A DNA stretch of 45,546 bases from Guillardia theta CCMP2712 (Eukaryota; Protista; Cryptophyta). Under the pieces are notes generated by a model. That model ran no database searches, was not told the DNA's origin, and worked only from the letters and a program-made list of their open reading frames with translations. The translations under genes were made by a program, and so were the position numbers. The stretch lies in assembly GCF_000315625.1 (NCBI RefSeq), contig NW_005434560.1, forward strand, positions 198,077 to 243,622, given 5' to 3'. Below, piece by piece: positions 22,284 to 33,879 of the stretch (the stretch's first letter is position 1; every line of letters begins with the position of its first letter).

Positions 22284-23306
22284 ATGCTGAGATGGTCGGA
22301 GCTCAATGCCGCCGTCGAGAAGGCAATGGACCCAAACGGCGAGGGTGGGGAGATTCCGGAGGGCATGAATATCAGCGACATGATGCAAGAATGGCTGACG
22401 CAGACGGATCCAAAAGAGAAGGCGACGAGCGAGGCGGTCTTGAACCGCATGCATGCGCAGGGAAGCGTACTGGCGCGCATGGCGTACCTGGCCTTGGAGG
22501 TCGATGCAAGGAAGGTGCAGGATGTAGTCCCGGGATGCAAGGAGCTGGAGCTCTCGGAGGAGCCGGTGGATGCGATGGGATGGAAGGAGTTGAGCCAGGC
22601 CATGGACAACGTGCAGATAAACTGGGGAAAAGTCTCCTCCCTGCCTGGGGTGAAGGATCTGTGCTGGAAGCTGTTCGCTCGCTTCGGATACTTCGCGGGG
22701 TACGCCTTTGGCGACGGGGAGGATGGCATCGACATCGTACACGACCGCGAGCCCTGCGCGGATGGTCATAGACTCTCTGACCTGGCAAAGCAGCAGGCGC
22801 TCGACGCCTTCTTCTGCATGTTCCGCTACCTGTGGCTCGTGGCAAGGCAGCAGCCCGTGCAGGAGCAAGGCCCGGAGTTGGACCTCAGGACGTTCCACTT
22901 CGAGGCGGCGACCGACACTTACCATGAGACGACCATGCACGACGATGTTCACATAGGCGCGCTTTTGCAATACATGCACCGTTTCTCAGGGCTCTTCCAC
23001 TCCGTCAGCCAGGCCGTTTACTACCATCACCCAACTTACTCCCGAAGGCGCGCCCCGATGTCGATGGGTGCGCTCTCCGAGGAGGGGAGGTCCGCGGCCG
23101 ACTGGATCCCCGTCCTGCGGCAGCTCTACCCGCAGTTGCAACTCTTCTACGAGTCATGCGACCTGCGGACTTTGCCCCCGGACGGATGGTGCTGGCTGCA
23201 CGCCCCGGGCAGGGTGTGGCTCGTCGGGCCCCATACGGCGGTTCACTGGGACCCTTCCCCCGTCAAGCTACTCGGGGTGTACCTCCGCGCCAACCCTGGA
23301 ACGTAA
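22284..23306 (+). CDS. Hypothetical protein, 340 aa
   Basis: Long ORF with GC-ending codons and natural amino-acid composition. Confidence 0.75.
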   Translation: MLRWSELNAAVEKAMDPNGEGGEIPEGMNISDMMQEWLTQTDPKEKATSEAVLNRMHAQGSVLARMAYLALEVDARKVQDVVPGCKELELSEEPVDAMGWKELSQAMDNVQINWGKVSSLPGVKDLCWKLFARFGYFAGYAFGDGEDGIDIVHDREPCADGHRLSDLAKQQALDAFFCMFRYLWLVARQQPVQEQGPELDLRTFHFEAATDTYHETTMHDDVHIGALLQYMHRFSGLFHSVSQAVYYHHPTYSRRRAPMSMGALSEEGRSAADWIPVLRQLYPQLQLFYESCDLRTLPPDGWCWLHAPGRVWLVGPHTAVHWDPSPVKLLGVYLRANPGT

Positions 23307-23374
23307 TCTTTTGCCGTCGGGTAGGAGATTTAAGTGGGTCGTGCACCCCGCGTGCAAACAGGGCCCTGTGCGAC

Positions 23375-24901
23375 ATGGCCGACCGGAGACTTAACCCCAG
23401 ACAGACCATTGACACAGAGGAGGAGTACTTGGCCGAAATACATAGAGTCAATTTGAGTTTGGATGAATATGAAAAGGATATGAACAATGTATTGACTAAT
23501 GCAGAAAGACATGCTCTTTTGTTAAGAATTGATGATGTGGTGAGGAGAGCAATTGATTTGATTCAAACGGATAAATGGAATAACGTAGAATGTCAAAAGG
23601 CCAGGGATGATCTGTCGGATCGAGTAAATAGAATTTATCAAGCTGTACAAAAATTCATTGCACAATCGGGTGGGATCCAACCGGATGACCAGCCAGGAAG
23701 CAATGGATCAGACATGGGAAGAGATGGAGAAATGCAAAAAAAGATGAGATATATGGAGGATGAGATTAAAGCGTTGCATGGAGTTTTGAAGCATGTCACT
23801 GATACAATGGGCATGCTTTTGAATCATGATGTAGCAGGTGAATTGCGCCAAGTACGGGACAATTATCGGAGGAACAACATTGAAGTCAGGGAATTGATCC
23901 AAGATATAGATAGACTGAATGCTCAGCTCAGCGATAGGACGAAACATTATGATGATTTGTTTCGTGAATTGGGTAGAAGAATTGCATACCTTGAAACATC
24001 TCAATTCTCCAGGAAATCAAGTCGAAATACAAATATTGTCCAAACACAAGAAAATCGAGACAATGACGCTTTAATTCAAGAGTTGATGCGCCGTCAAGAG
24101 CATCAGAATGCTACAATCTTTGAAATGATGGAGAGAGAGAAAATAATGAATCAACAAATCGTTGAGATGGAGAGACTTTGTGGCGGTGTAATGGATCTTG
24201 TGACGGTGGGGGGTGGTAAGCGTACACTTCCTGCAGCTCATAGGCATGTACCTCGAATACTTGATGGCAACGAATCACACGGCGCTATACCAGATTGGGT
24301 CTATAGACCAGATCGTGGTAATATGGACCTTCCACGTCATGTTTATGAGCAGCACAAGCCAATGCCACGTATTCAGGATTCTAGGCGTCACGGACATGGT
24401 GCTGAGTACGGTAATCCTGAAAGCTCTTTGCTGTTGCCTCACAAGGTGCGAGAAAAGTCAACAGAACCTTTTAAGGAGGAAGAAGAAGAAGAGGAAAAGG
24501 AAGCTGCCATGGACGAATCAAGGCATGGAAGGAGGGTCAAGTTCCCTTCTGACAGCCATTTGCACAAGTCCCATCACTATGATAGATTTTCCACCAGCGA
24601 CGAAATAGTAGATAAGCTGCGTCGCATGCGACAAGAGGTCATGGAGGCTACAGGTATTTTCAAGAAACACTGGCAGGGAGAAAGTGAGGCTACAGGTACT
24701 GTGAAGAAACACTGTGATTTGAAACCGGCGAGTAAGGGCGATGGTTCAGATATGTGGGAACTAGATTGCCCGGCACCCTTTGGTTGCCTTGGCACGAGTG
24801 CTGATATTGATCCGGTGAGCGATGGGGTGGATAGTCTTGACGTCGAGGTAAGACGTTTACATACCTTTGCCACAAAGCTGGACAAGTCACATGAGGTATG
24901 A
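23375..24901 (+). CDS. Coiled-coil hypothetical protein
   Basis: Likely start MADRRL at 23375 (TTTAA at 23329). Heptad-rich, with an AT-richer core than neighbouring genes. Confidence 0.7.
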   Translation: MADRRLNPRQTIDTEEEYLAEIHRVNLSLDEYEKDMNNVLTNAERHALLLRIDDVVRRAIDLIQTDKWNNVECQKARDDLSDRVNRIYQAVQKFIAQSGGIQPDDQPGSNGSDMGRDGEMQKKMRYMEDEIKALHGVLKHVTDTMGMLLNHDVAGELRQVRDNYRRNNIEVRELIQDIDRLNAQLSDRTKHYDDLFRELGRRIAYLETSQFSRKSSRNTNIVQTQENRDNDALIQELMRRQEHQNATIFEMMEREKIMNQQIVEMERLCGGVMDLVTVGGGKRTLPAAHRHVPRILDGNESHGAIPDWVYRPDRGNMDLPRHVYEQHKPMPRIQDSRRHGHGAEYGNPESSLLLPHKVREKSTEPFKEEEEEEEKEAAMDESRHGRRVKFPSDSHLHKSHHYDRFSTSDEIVDKLRRMRQEVMEATGIFKKHWQGESEATGTVKKHCDLKPASKGDGSDMWELDCPAPFGCLGTSADIDPVSDGVDSLDVEVRRLHTFATKLDKSHEV

Positions 24902-25137
24902 TTTGGCCCTGGATATGAACTGGGTGTCTTCCGGGATGAGCCTTGGCAGGTGGACATTCCTTATCGTCCTGGATATCTGTATCGACAGGAAGATTGCAAA
25001 CAGCTGCAGAGCGAAGATGGTGAGGAGGAACGCCAGTAGAAAACGCCTTGCGGCCTGCGTGGCCTTTGGTGCCATACCCATTGTCTTTATTCTTGTTTGT
25101 TCGTATAAATGCCGATGTTTAGCCCGCGTGTAATTCC

Positions 25138-25479
25138 ATGTCAGTGGACGGTGACAGTAGCACACATGAGAGGCTTGACTATCTCATGAGTCATATCATG
25201 GATATCAAGGAGTTTGATCTACTGATCAATGACAAAGTGAAGGATATGAGCGAAAGACTAGACGAGTTGACGCGTATGTACGGCGTTGTCGAGGGATTCG
25301 TCGACGATTTCAACAGTCAGATATATGAAGTTGAGGACAGACTTGGAAAGGTCGAGAAGCTCCTTGTCTTGGTGGAGAGGCGAGTGACGTTGTACACCGG
25401 CAAGGTGGACAGGGAGGTGGATCAGCTTGATACGGAGATTGAAGCTTTGCACGAGCAGGCTTTGAACCTGGTTCACTGA
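25138..25479 (+). CDS. Small coiled-coil protein
   Basis: 113 aa with heptads. TATAAA at 25104. Confidence 0.65.
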   Translation: MSVDGDSSTHERLDYLMSHIMDIKEFDLLINDKVKDMSERLDELTRMYGVVEGFVDDFNSQIYEVEDRLGKVEKLLVLVERRVTLYTGKVDREVDQLDTEIEALHEQALNLVH

Positions 25480-26156
25480 TGTCTGAGGAGTGTGTCCATG
25501 CTCTTCTTCCTGTCTTCGGTGTCATAGTCTTCGTTGGGTGCGTGGTGTGATGCATCCTCGGTTTCGTCGTCGTGCTTCACGGCCACGCTGGAGAGCACGT
25601 TGCCCGGCTGCGGCGTGGGAAGCCCGTGGGCGGTGTGGTGGGTGGAGTCGGACTTTATCCATGCGGAGTATCTCTCCGGGTCTACGACCTTGCCTTTCAT
25701 GAAGGCTATGCTGGTGTACACGTTCACGAGGAGGTCGGCGACGATGCGGATGATCAGGAAGTCCACCTGGGAGAGCATGACGAAGAGAGCGAAGACGCTC
25801 ATGATGCAGCAGTAGAGCGTCCAGACCTGGGTGATCAGGATGCACATGGTCTTGGAGTAGGGGAGGAACTTGGTCTTGTGGTCCTGGATTGTGTTCTGGA
25901 TCCACGGCATGATGGCGTCCCCCACGAAGGCGTTGATGGATGTGGAGACAAAGGTGAAGACGGCGATGCAGCTCCACTTGTACCATGTGTCGAGCTCCAC
26001 CCCCATCACCTTGGAGTGCTTCCCGGGTCCGAGCTTCATGAAATGGGAGTCCATCACCCCGAGCTCTGAGAAGATGCCGAGCACCATGCTCATCCAGGTC
26101 ATCAGGAGGACGCAGGTCAGCCTCTTGTCCTCGAAGAACCTGTTGATAACCTCCAT
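25473..26156 (-). CDS. Four-TM membrane protein of a type I associate with giant DNA viruses
   Basis: Motif string LGP..GVELDTWYKW..IMPWIQNTIQDHK..LPYS..SQVD. Family link is from recall, not a database search. Confidence 0.65.
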   Translation of the reverse strand: MEVINRFFEDKRLTCVLLMTWMSMVLGIFSELGVMDSHFMKLGPGKHSKVMGVELDTWYKWSCIAVFTFVSTSINAFVGDAIMPWIQNTIQDHKTKFLPYSKTMCILITQVWTLYCCIMSVFALFVMLSQVDFLIIRIVADLLVNVYTSIAFMKGKVVDPERYSAWIKSDSTHHTAHGLPTPQPGNVLSSVAVKHDDETEDASHHAPNEDYDTEDRKKSMDTLLRHQ

Positions 26157-26273
26157 CCCTGACGCTCTGGCGCACGCAGTGGGTTAACTATATCGGCGGC
26201 TCAGGGCAGACGAAACACGTCAGGTCCATGGTTGGTGGTTATTTAACCCCGGCTGCGCGGTGGGTGGCATGGT

Positions 26274-26588
26274 ATGCAGTGTGTGAGAGAGAAGTTGGTC
26301 AAGTTGAGGGACGAGCGTATCTTGGAGATCGGACGCACACTGGATTCGTTGGAGGAAGACTTCGGCTTTGACCTTACCGGGTACAGGGATGGGTTGCCGG
26401 AGCTCTTTCAGCTGAAGGATTATGGTGGCATGCCGCCCATATGGAACTTCGTCATATCCCTCATGCCCTCCGGCAGGGAGGAAGAACCACCGGAAGAAGG
26501 GCTGGCGGTGACAGTGAACGACTTTATAGATGACGTGGATGTCCTTATGAAGATCAACAGGGATATTTCGAAGGAGGGATTAAACTAG
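26274..26588 (+). CDS. Hypothetical protein, 104 aa
   Basis: TATTTAA at 26240, 34 nt upstream of the ATG. Confidence 0.6.
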   Translation: MQCVREKLVKLRDERILEIGRTLDSLEEDFGFDLTGYRDGLPELFQLKDYGGMPPIWNFVISLMPSGREEEPPEEGLAVTVNDFIDDVDVLMKINRDISKEGLN

Positions 26589-27157
26589 CTTTCCACCCTA
26601 GACTCTCTCTCGACCCTCTGCATGATCTCGTTCAGCGCCCTCCTTGGGATGTGGACAGAGCTGCAGACCCTCTGTATGATGACGTTGCAGATGTTGTCCC
26701 GCACCTCCTGCTTCATCCCGATCTTCTCCGAGTCCTTGGTAGCGTGGAAGAACTGGCATATCACCTCTGAGGTGTCGATGTAGGTCTTCGGCAGGGCACT
26801 GTTGAAGGTTGCCATACCACCTCCCCCCATCTGCGTGGAGAGGGAGGCGCAGCTCCTCTCTTGCATGTGCTGCAGGATATCGAGGAGGAAGGACTTCTGG
26901 TCCTCGTCCATGCAGAAGAAAGGGTAGATCGCCGTGTTGCAGTCCTGGAAGGGAGCGAGGCCGGTCTTGGTGATGTTGATCCTCACTGGCGTGGAGAGGA
27001 ACATGCAGATCGTGTGTGTTATGGGGTCATGTATGTCGGACGTGCAGGAGTTGCACATGTAGGAGAGCATGTTCCGTAGATACACCCCCCTCAAGAAGAG
27101 GGATTGGAACTGGGTAAGTATGCTCTCCTCGGTAATGTCATTGCCTCCGCTCTCCAT
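26585..27157 (-). CDS. Hypothetical protein, 190 aa
   Basis: GC-ending codons; TAATAAA about 36 nt upstream. Confidence 0.7.
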   Translation of the reverse strand: MESGGNDITEESILTQFQSLFLRGVYLRNMLSYMCNSCTSDIHDPITHTICMFLSTPVRINITKTGLAPFQDCNTAIYPFFCMDEDQKSFLLDILQHMQERSCASLSTQMGGGGMATFNSALPKTYIDTSEVICQFFHATKDSEKIGMKQEVRDNICNVIIQRVCSSVHIPRRALNEIMQRVERESRVES

Positions 27158-27222
27158 TCTGGTATCGGTCGTGAATCTTTCCGTCGTTTATTACCGAAGG
27201 GGAAGATAGATACAAATAAGAT

Positions 27223-27477
27223 CTAGATAGACTCGCTTATCCAGAAGATCTTTTTGATGATTTCTGTTGGAAGGTCACTGAAGACGGCTGCTTTTACCCC
27301 CCTCTTCCGGCAAAGCTTCATTCCATAGACGAAAGACTGTATCTTTGACAAATGCCTGTAACCTTGCACCTGGAAATCGATCTTGTACCAAAAATGGCGC
27401 AGATCCGAATCTATGCCAAAGTCTCTGCACAGCTCCATCAGATCATCGAAGTACTCTGAAGTCTCGGGCGCGATGTG
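27223..27477 (-). pseudogene. C-terminal fragment ending in an F-box-like motif
   Basis: FSDLPTEIIKKIF at the C-terminus. In frame with the upstream ORF across one TAG at 27478-27480. Confidence 0.4.
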
Positions 27478-27996
27478 CTAGGTGAGGCTGACAGGGTCGT
27501 TTTTGTACATGGCGACCTGCTTCGACCGCTCAATGTGGCAGAGCGACATCTGCCTGTTCCAATCGTTCGCCGCGATGGTGGACGTGAACGCCGTGTCGTT
27601 GCAGTAGTAATACGTATAGGGCCTCTGCCCGGCAAAAGATGGGCTGTCGAAACTCAGGGGCAAGGGGGCGACGGGCATGTAGCTGGATGTCCCACCCACG
27701 GTGGTCTTCAGCACGCTCGTCTCACCGAAGAGTGTCACACGCTGGCTGCCGATGGGCTGGCCATAGACGTTGGTGTACAAAGACTTGAAGATCGGGAACC
27801 GCATGCTGCCAGAGTTGTACCCAAACTCGATCACGTGCACCGAGAAGATGACGAGGAAGGAGAACGCCAGGCTGAACTGGATAATGAAGCTCACCATGAA
27901 GACATAGTTATCCCAGGAGGTATGCATCCAACTCGACCTTTTCTCACTGTCTTGGCTGCTCGCCGCATACGCCGGACCACTTGATCTTTCCGCCAT
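27478..27996 (-). pseudogene. Membrane protein N-terminal part, probably 3'-truncated
   Basis: Likely start MAERSS at 27996, with TATAAA 35 nt upstream. One TM helix, then an abrupt stop. Confidence 0.5.
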
Positions 27997-28076
27997 GCCT
28001 TTTTGATGCCCGTCCGCGCTCGACATTTATATGGTTCAGTCTCTGGAAAAAAATCCTGGGCATCTAGGCGAGGCAG

Positions 28077-29154
28077 TCACTGGGCCCCACAGAGGAGCAG
28101 GTCCGAGGAGAGCTCCGCACAGCCGCACCGGCAGAGGGGGAGGAGGAGGGCCTGGAACACCACGGAGGCGTTGGTGACGACGATGAATATCATCCACGCG
28201 ACGTACAAGAGCATGCCCTCGTGCTCCGGGATGGAAAATACCACCGAGAAGCTAGTCGCGCTGTGAGGGTTGTGTGTGCAGATGATGTCGACGTCGGGGT
28301 ACCGATCCTTGACCCTGTCGTGCATGTCGCCGTTCCACTCCTCGTAGTCAGTCAGCATGCAGGTTGGTTGGCCTGACTGAAGCAAAGATGCTAAGTTCTT
28401 GAGGCAACGGGGCGGTGAGCGGGGAGCGGTAATAGCCGGAGCTGTTGGTGAGCCATACCCCTTGGTCTGTTAGGTAGGGAGAGTACACAGTAGACGTCGG
28501 GTCTTCAAAGGTGAGAGGTTGATAGGGGCCGATGTAGTGATTGACCAGGCTTCTTGTCCAGGTGATGAAGTCGTCCGGCCTGCCGGTCATATCGAAGAGG
28601 TCGTACCAGAGCCTCAACCAAGCCTCATCCGAGGCGGTGCTCCGGAACAAAGCACCCGCCGCCACCGCTGCTTCCACCCTGAGGTAAAGGTTCTGGAAAC
28701 CCAGAAGGATGTAATTCACGGTGGAGAGGTTGATGAAGGCGGTGATGTGGGTCCCATTATCCCTTATGCCCTCCGCCGACTTCATGAAGACTCCCAGGGT
28801 GGCGGAGATGTTGCGCAGGCGGAGGGTCCAGGCGATGTCGCCATAATCGACGGCGTGCGACACCTTGATGAGCCCGCGGCCCTCCCCGATGGGCGGGAGG
28901 TAGAGCTCGGGCACGATCTTCTGGATCCTGTAGGGGACGTTGAGGTAGGAGGTCTGCGTGGTGATGCGTGCAGAGTCCCCGTAGACGTAAGGGGTAATGT
29001 CACCCAGCAGGGCGTTGTTGTAGTTGATCCTCGCATTCGCCGTCCCGTTCAACCCGTACGGCAGGTTGTCCGTGCTCAGCGGGGGGAGCGGGCCCTGGTT
29101 CATCACCACCTCGGGCATCCGCGGGTTGTTCAGGTTACCGAAAAAGTTCGACAT
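28077..29154 (-). pseudogene. Virus-like protein (INLSTVNYIL motif) with a frameshifted or chimeric 3' part ending in a TM helix
   Basis: ORF 28348-29154 (MSNFFGN) overlaps ORF 28077-28385 in another frame. TATAAAA at 29210. Confidence 0.55.
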
Positions 29155-29294
29155 CGCTCGCTCTCGCCTTACCAATCACATGCGGGTGTCGTGCCGCGGG
29201 GCCTTTTATATGCATCGATCCTTGCACACCCAAGTAGAACATCGAGATCTTTACTCAACGCATTCAACAAATCTACGAACTGCTCGGTATCCAC

Positions 29295-29669
29295 CTACTG
29301 CACGGACATATTCTCAATCATTCTCATGCAAACATGGAAGTGATGGTTGTCGATGAAGTCCATGGCATCTTCCAAGGCCTTGATCTCCTGAGCATGCTTG
29401 ATGCCGTCCTTGCTGAGGGTGGCCTTCTCCTTCTTCAGCACACGGACGGCCTCAACACAGGCGTCGACCTTCAAACGTCTGTACTGACGGGTGATAGAGT
29501 CCAACTCCTTCTGCAGCATCTCTTTGCCAGATGCAGCGCGTTGGAGCTCCTCCTCGAGCTCCTTCTGGATCTTGTCGACGTCGTGCAACTTTGCATCCAG
29601 ATCCAGGCACCGCGAGGATTGCTCGAAGAGTTCTTTGTATTCGGGTACGAAAATCCAGGTCGCGAACAT
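29295..29669 (-). CDS. Coiled-coil protein, 124 aa
   Basis: Heptad repeats. TATTTAAA about 39 nt upstream. Confidence 0.65.
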   Translation of the reverse strand: MFATWIFVPEYKELFEQSSRCLDLDAKLHDVDKIQKELEEELQRAASGKEMLQKELDSITRQYRRLKVDACVEAVRVLKKEKATLSKDGIKHAQEIKALEDAMDFIDNHHFHVCMRMIENMSVQ

Positions 29670-29738
29670 TTCGCGTGGTGCGGGGATGGTTTATCCGATG
29701 TTTAAATAGTGCGGCATGCAACCGACAGCCTTGGAATT

Positions 29739-30505
29739 TCAGATCTGGTCCACCCCACCGTCCCTCCCCCTCTGCAGCATCTCGCGGAGCAGCCGGGTGT
29801 CTTCATCATCGGCCTCCTCCGCTGCCTCGTAGGGGACGGACATTTCAAGCTCGAGAGCGGAGGAGGGCCTCTGCCGGTTTGAGCCGTGGTAGCCGTACGC
29901 GGGTGTGTCTACGGGGTCCGGGGTGGGGGGCTTCCTCCTCCGTTCGGGATGGGAGAAGTAGCCGCGGAACTCGCTCTGCTGCTGGTAGAACTTGAACATG
30001 ATGCATACCCAGACCATGCCGGCGAACACGCAGGCAATCACCTGCCCCACGAACATGACGGGGAAGAAGCGGGTGATGCACATCGTGAAGGGGTTGTCGT
30101 GGCCGTCCGAAGGGTCGCGCACCCTGAGCCGGAAGGTGTAGAACCAGCTGACCGAGAGGCACTGGAAGGTGATGGCGCGTATGGAGAGCTCCAGCACGGA
30201 GGCGGAGGACAGCGGGAGCAGCGTGTGGACGTAGAACATGATGGCGCCGAGCAGGATGTCCGGGTGTGGGAGGATGGATAGGATCCAATGGCGCCCGAGC
30301 GGGAGCTCATCCTTCACGAGCAGGAAGAGCGCCATGAAGCACCATACGGCGTTGAGGGCGATGTCCCTGGCGCTGTCCACGTACCCCGTCCTCACCCTCT
30401 CGGAGTCGATCACGAAGCAGAGCAGCACGCAGGCCACGGAGAGGTTCGAGTCGATGCCACCCTGCACCTCCACGGTGAAGAGTATCCGGTCCACGGTGCG
30501 CTTTA
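29739..30505 (-). pseudogene. Multi-pass membrane protein, 5'-truncated
   Basis: Genuine-looking TM sequence extends up to about 30505 with no start codon or promoter. Beyond that the frame is antisense to the plus-strand gene. Confidence 0.6.
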
Positions 30506-33500
30506 CAACATGACGGTGGTGAGCCTGGAGTACATCAATGAGTACAACGTGGCCGTCACGGTCCTGCAGGCGAGCATGCAGAGCTTCGATGTCCTGACCC
30601 GCCTTCCCAAGCCAGGCTATGACGGGTACCAATACGTGGTCTACTTTGTGAACCCGACGACGAACGAAGGGCCTTCGACCAGCATGTACAGCCCGCTGGT
30701 GCCACAGTCGCTCCTGAGCGAGGGCCTGCTCTGCCCCAACGAGAGGCGCATGCCGGAGATCGGCGCCAGCCTGGCAGAGGCATGGGCTGGCGTGTTGCTG
30801 TTCATGCGCCTGCCGCTCAATGCGGTTGTGCTCTTCCCTGCGATCTTCAGTGCGGGGGACTGGCCTCTCTTCACGCAGTGTGCCACCGTCACGCTTGGGA
30901 ACTCGATGCTGTTGAACTGTGGCAAGGGCATACTGAACGTGGACCTCGCTTTCGAGGCTTGGCACCGCTCCTCCTTGTTGTATTATCAGTCGTTCGTCAA
31001 GATCATCACTTTCGGTCAGGGGCTCAGTCCATCCTCCACCGTTTTGCTGTATGCCAAGCAGGCGGTGATAGGGTCGACGACGGCGGCCACCTACATGGTC
31101 CACGGGAGCCCCGCCTTCATGAGTAAGCTGCTGGCGTCGGTGGACTTCAACCGACCCTTCGCCGACCTGTCGCATGCGATGCTCTATGCCCTGCCCCCAT
31201 GGATACGCATCTTCGGCAGGATGATGCGCTTCTCCGTCACCAGCTTCCATATGTTCATGCACTTCTTGGAGAGGCTGATCATGGATTATGTGCTGAAGCT
31301 CGCTGCCGGGGAGAAGATCGATGCCGGCATATTCTCCATCCTGACGGGCATGCGTGGGGACATCGAGGATCTCATCGTGACCCCGAACGAGCAGATCTGC
31401 GGCGGGGTGAGCCTCATCTTCGGGTACACCAACCCGCCCGCCACCGTCATGCGGTACTTCTGTGAGGTTGGCGCCAAAGTCGTGCTCGACCTGTTCGACT
31501 TCCTGACCGTGTTCTTCGTCGACTTCCCCATCGTGAACTGCATATGCAAGGACTCGCAGGGCGTGGTCTACTCCTCCTACCTGGAGCAGAGCTGCTACCC
31601 TTGGACTCCCGTCAGCTACCGCCCTCTCCTCAACGCCCTACTGGTGGAGTCTGCCGGGAGCCGAGCCCTGATGTGCAGCATGGTTGTCAACATGACCAAC
31701 AGCAACATATCCTCTGCGTTCGACAGCACGTTTATGGCGCTGTACGATGGGTACACGAGCGTGGGGTCCGTCTTCGATTACTTCCTTATCTTCATGGACC
31801 CTTCCAGCGGGACCTGCAACAACTATTACACCTCGGACTACGTCATGTCGATCATGCCGGAGCCCATCGACTACTTCACGATGTGCTACACCACCAGGCT
31901 GTGTGAGGTGGCCTGCGGTGAGCAGTACGATGCGTTCAATTCCGCTCTGGTGGCGGTGTCAAAGGGGAAGGACCTCGTGTATACCATGAACAAGACCGTG
32001 ACGGTGGAGAGCCAGTTCTTTACCGCGGACGGCGAGTACTATGGGACGAACAGGCTTCCCTTCGATATATTCTCGGTGGTAGAGTTGTCGGGGTGCAACC
32101 GTGTTTGTTACGGTGACATCGCCCAGTCCGGTGCCCCGAGCCAGCCCGATCGCTGCATCTCTGCGGTTGGGCTCGACTCGAGCCTGAGCGTCGTGGTCAA
32201 GGCCTACTGCCTCCCCTCCAGCCTGAAGACGGGGTTCCGTCCCGCCGCGACTGTGACGGACGGCAGCTTTCCGCATGGGATCGATTACAAGGTCGCTGGC
32301 AGCTCGTCTTGGTCGGGGTCGATCATGAGGATGCAGTATGTTAGCATCAACCTCGTCGACTCCATAGGCCATAGCAACATTGTGGTGGTCGCCACGTCGA
32401 AGAATGTATCTCTGATCAGTGACCAACAACAGAGTTATACACTGCTTCAGACCATACCGAGCTCGCAGAAGGCGGTACAGCTGACGGATGTGTATAGCAT
32501 CGACGAGGTGCAGAGCTTCCCGGACGATGGGGTGGCGGACATCTTCGTTCAGGCGACGACGACGACGTGGGATGCATCCGGTAGCCCCAGCACCGGCCCC
32601 GTGTGCCTGCATATCGCGCTGAACACACAGACGTTTGCCAACCTCGTTCAGCTCAAGTCTTCTGCCTACACCATCAGCAAGTGCTCTGCCTCCAACAATG
32701 TCTTCTCCAAGGTGACGACCCCCTACGTGACCTGCCTGGGACACGCGTGCTCCGGTGTGGCCCTCTTCCCCACCAACGACGGCTATCCCGTCACTGTTTG
32801 CGATAGGAAAGTCGGTGATCTGACGTGCTACAGTGTTTCGAGCGTTGGCCACCTAGCATCGGACTTGGGTCTGAGCAGCGAGCCCAACCCGCCGGCAGAT
32901 CTCCATGACGCAGGACAATGTCTTCATACGCCAATCACCCAAGCTGGCACAGAACTCGCTCACGGGCTGGAACGGGGCCGGTCAGCAGAGCTCGATGACG
33001 ATCTTCGCCGTGGCGGACCAGAAGGTGACGACGACCTGGCTCTCGGACATCCGTCTCGTTGTGAATGCGGGGGTGTGGAATGGCACACGGTCCTACTCCT
33101 CCTCCTACCAGATGCTCACGACCCTGAAGAAGAATTGCAGCGTGAGCGACTGCACCGGTTGCATGGGCTACCCCACGCTGCAGAGCCTCTGCTACGCAGC
33201 CTCCCAGTGTGCTGTGGCCAGGTGCATAGGCACCGAGGTCAACTTCCAGCGGCCCCTGTGTGCCATGGGATCCGTGGTGTCGAAGATGCTGCGCCAGAGC
33301 CTCATCACGATGCAGAACGTGTACCTCATCTTTGCGCAGAGCATGGCGCTGATCGTCGACGCATCCACGGGGCAGATCACGAACAGGGTGGTGATCGAGT
33401 GGCCGGACCAGGTGTTCTTCTCCGCCATGTGCGACATGAAGGATGTCACCATCTCCGCCGTGGGCATGCTCATGTCGCTCATCAACGGGATCACGATGAA

Positions 33501-33879
33501 GGCACAGCAGGTGCTCAGCTCGTCGCAGGTGGCGCTCGTTCCCACGGACCCCACATTCAACGCCAGGGCCACGCTTTCGATGGCGAGCATGACAAACCTC
33601 TTCTCGCAGATCCTTCTCCTCCCTATCTATGGCGCCGTAGCCTCGCAGAAGACCTTTGTCTGCACGACCAACTCCCTGACGGCGGTATTGAACACCGACC
33701 TCCTGGGCAACTTCCAGCTCGTCATCGGCGACCCGAGCATACAGGCGGTCAGCGGGGATGTGGCAGGGGTATGCCTGACGCAGGTCTTCAACCAGGACGT
33801 CCAGAACATGGCGCTTGGCGGGGCGAGCAACACCCTTGGCTCTGCCGTTGCCCAGGTGGCAGAACCCACCGCCTCATAG
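30500..33879 (+). pseudogene. Internal fragment of a very large Cys-containing membrane or virion-type protein, frameshifted near 32880
   Basis: Natural sequence from ALYNMTVVSLEY to LGLSS, then continuing in the 32905-33879 frame (SPTRRQISMTQDNV). Both ends collide with opposite-strand genes. Confidence 0.7.

Noticed and set aside
27478-28026. Heliorhodopsin-like protein
   Set aside because: Only one TM helix and no retinal-binding helix motif.
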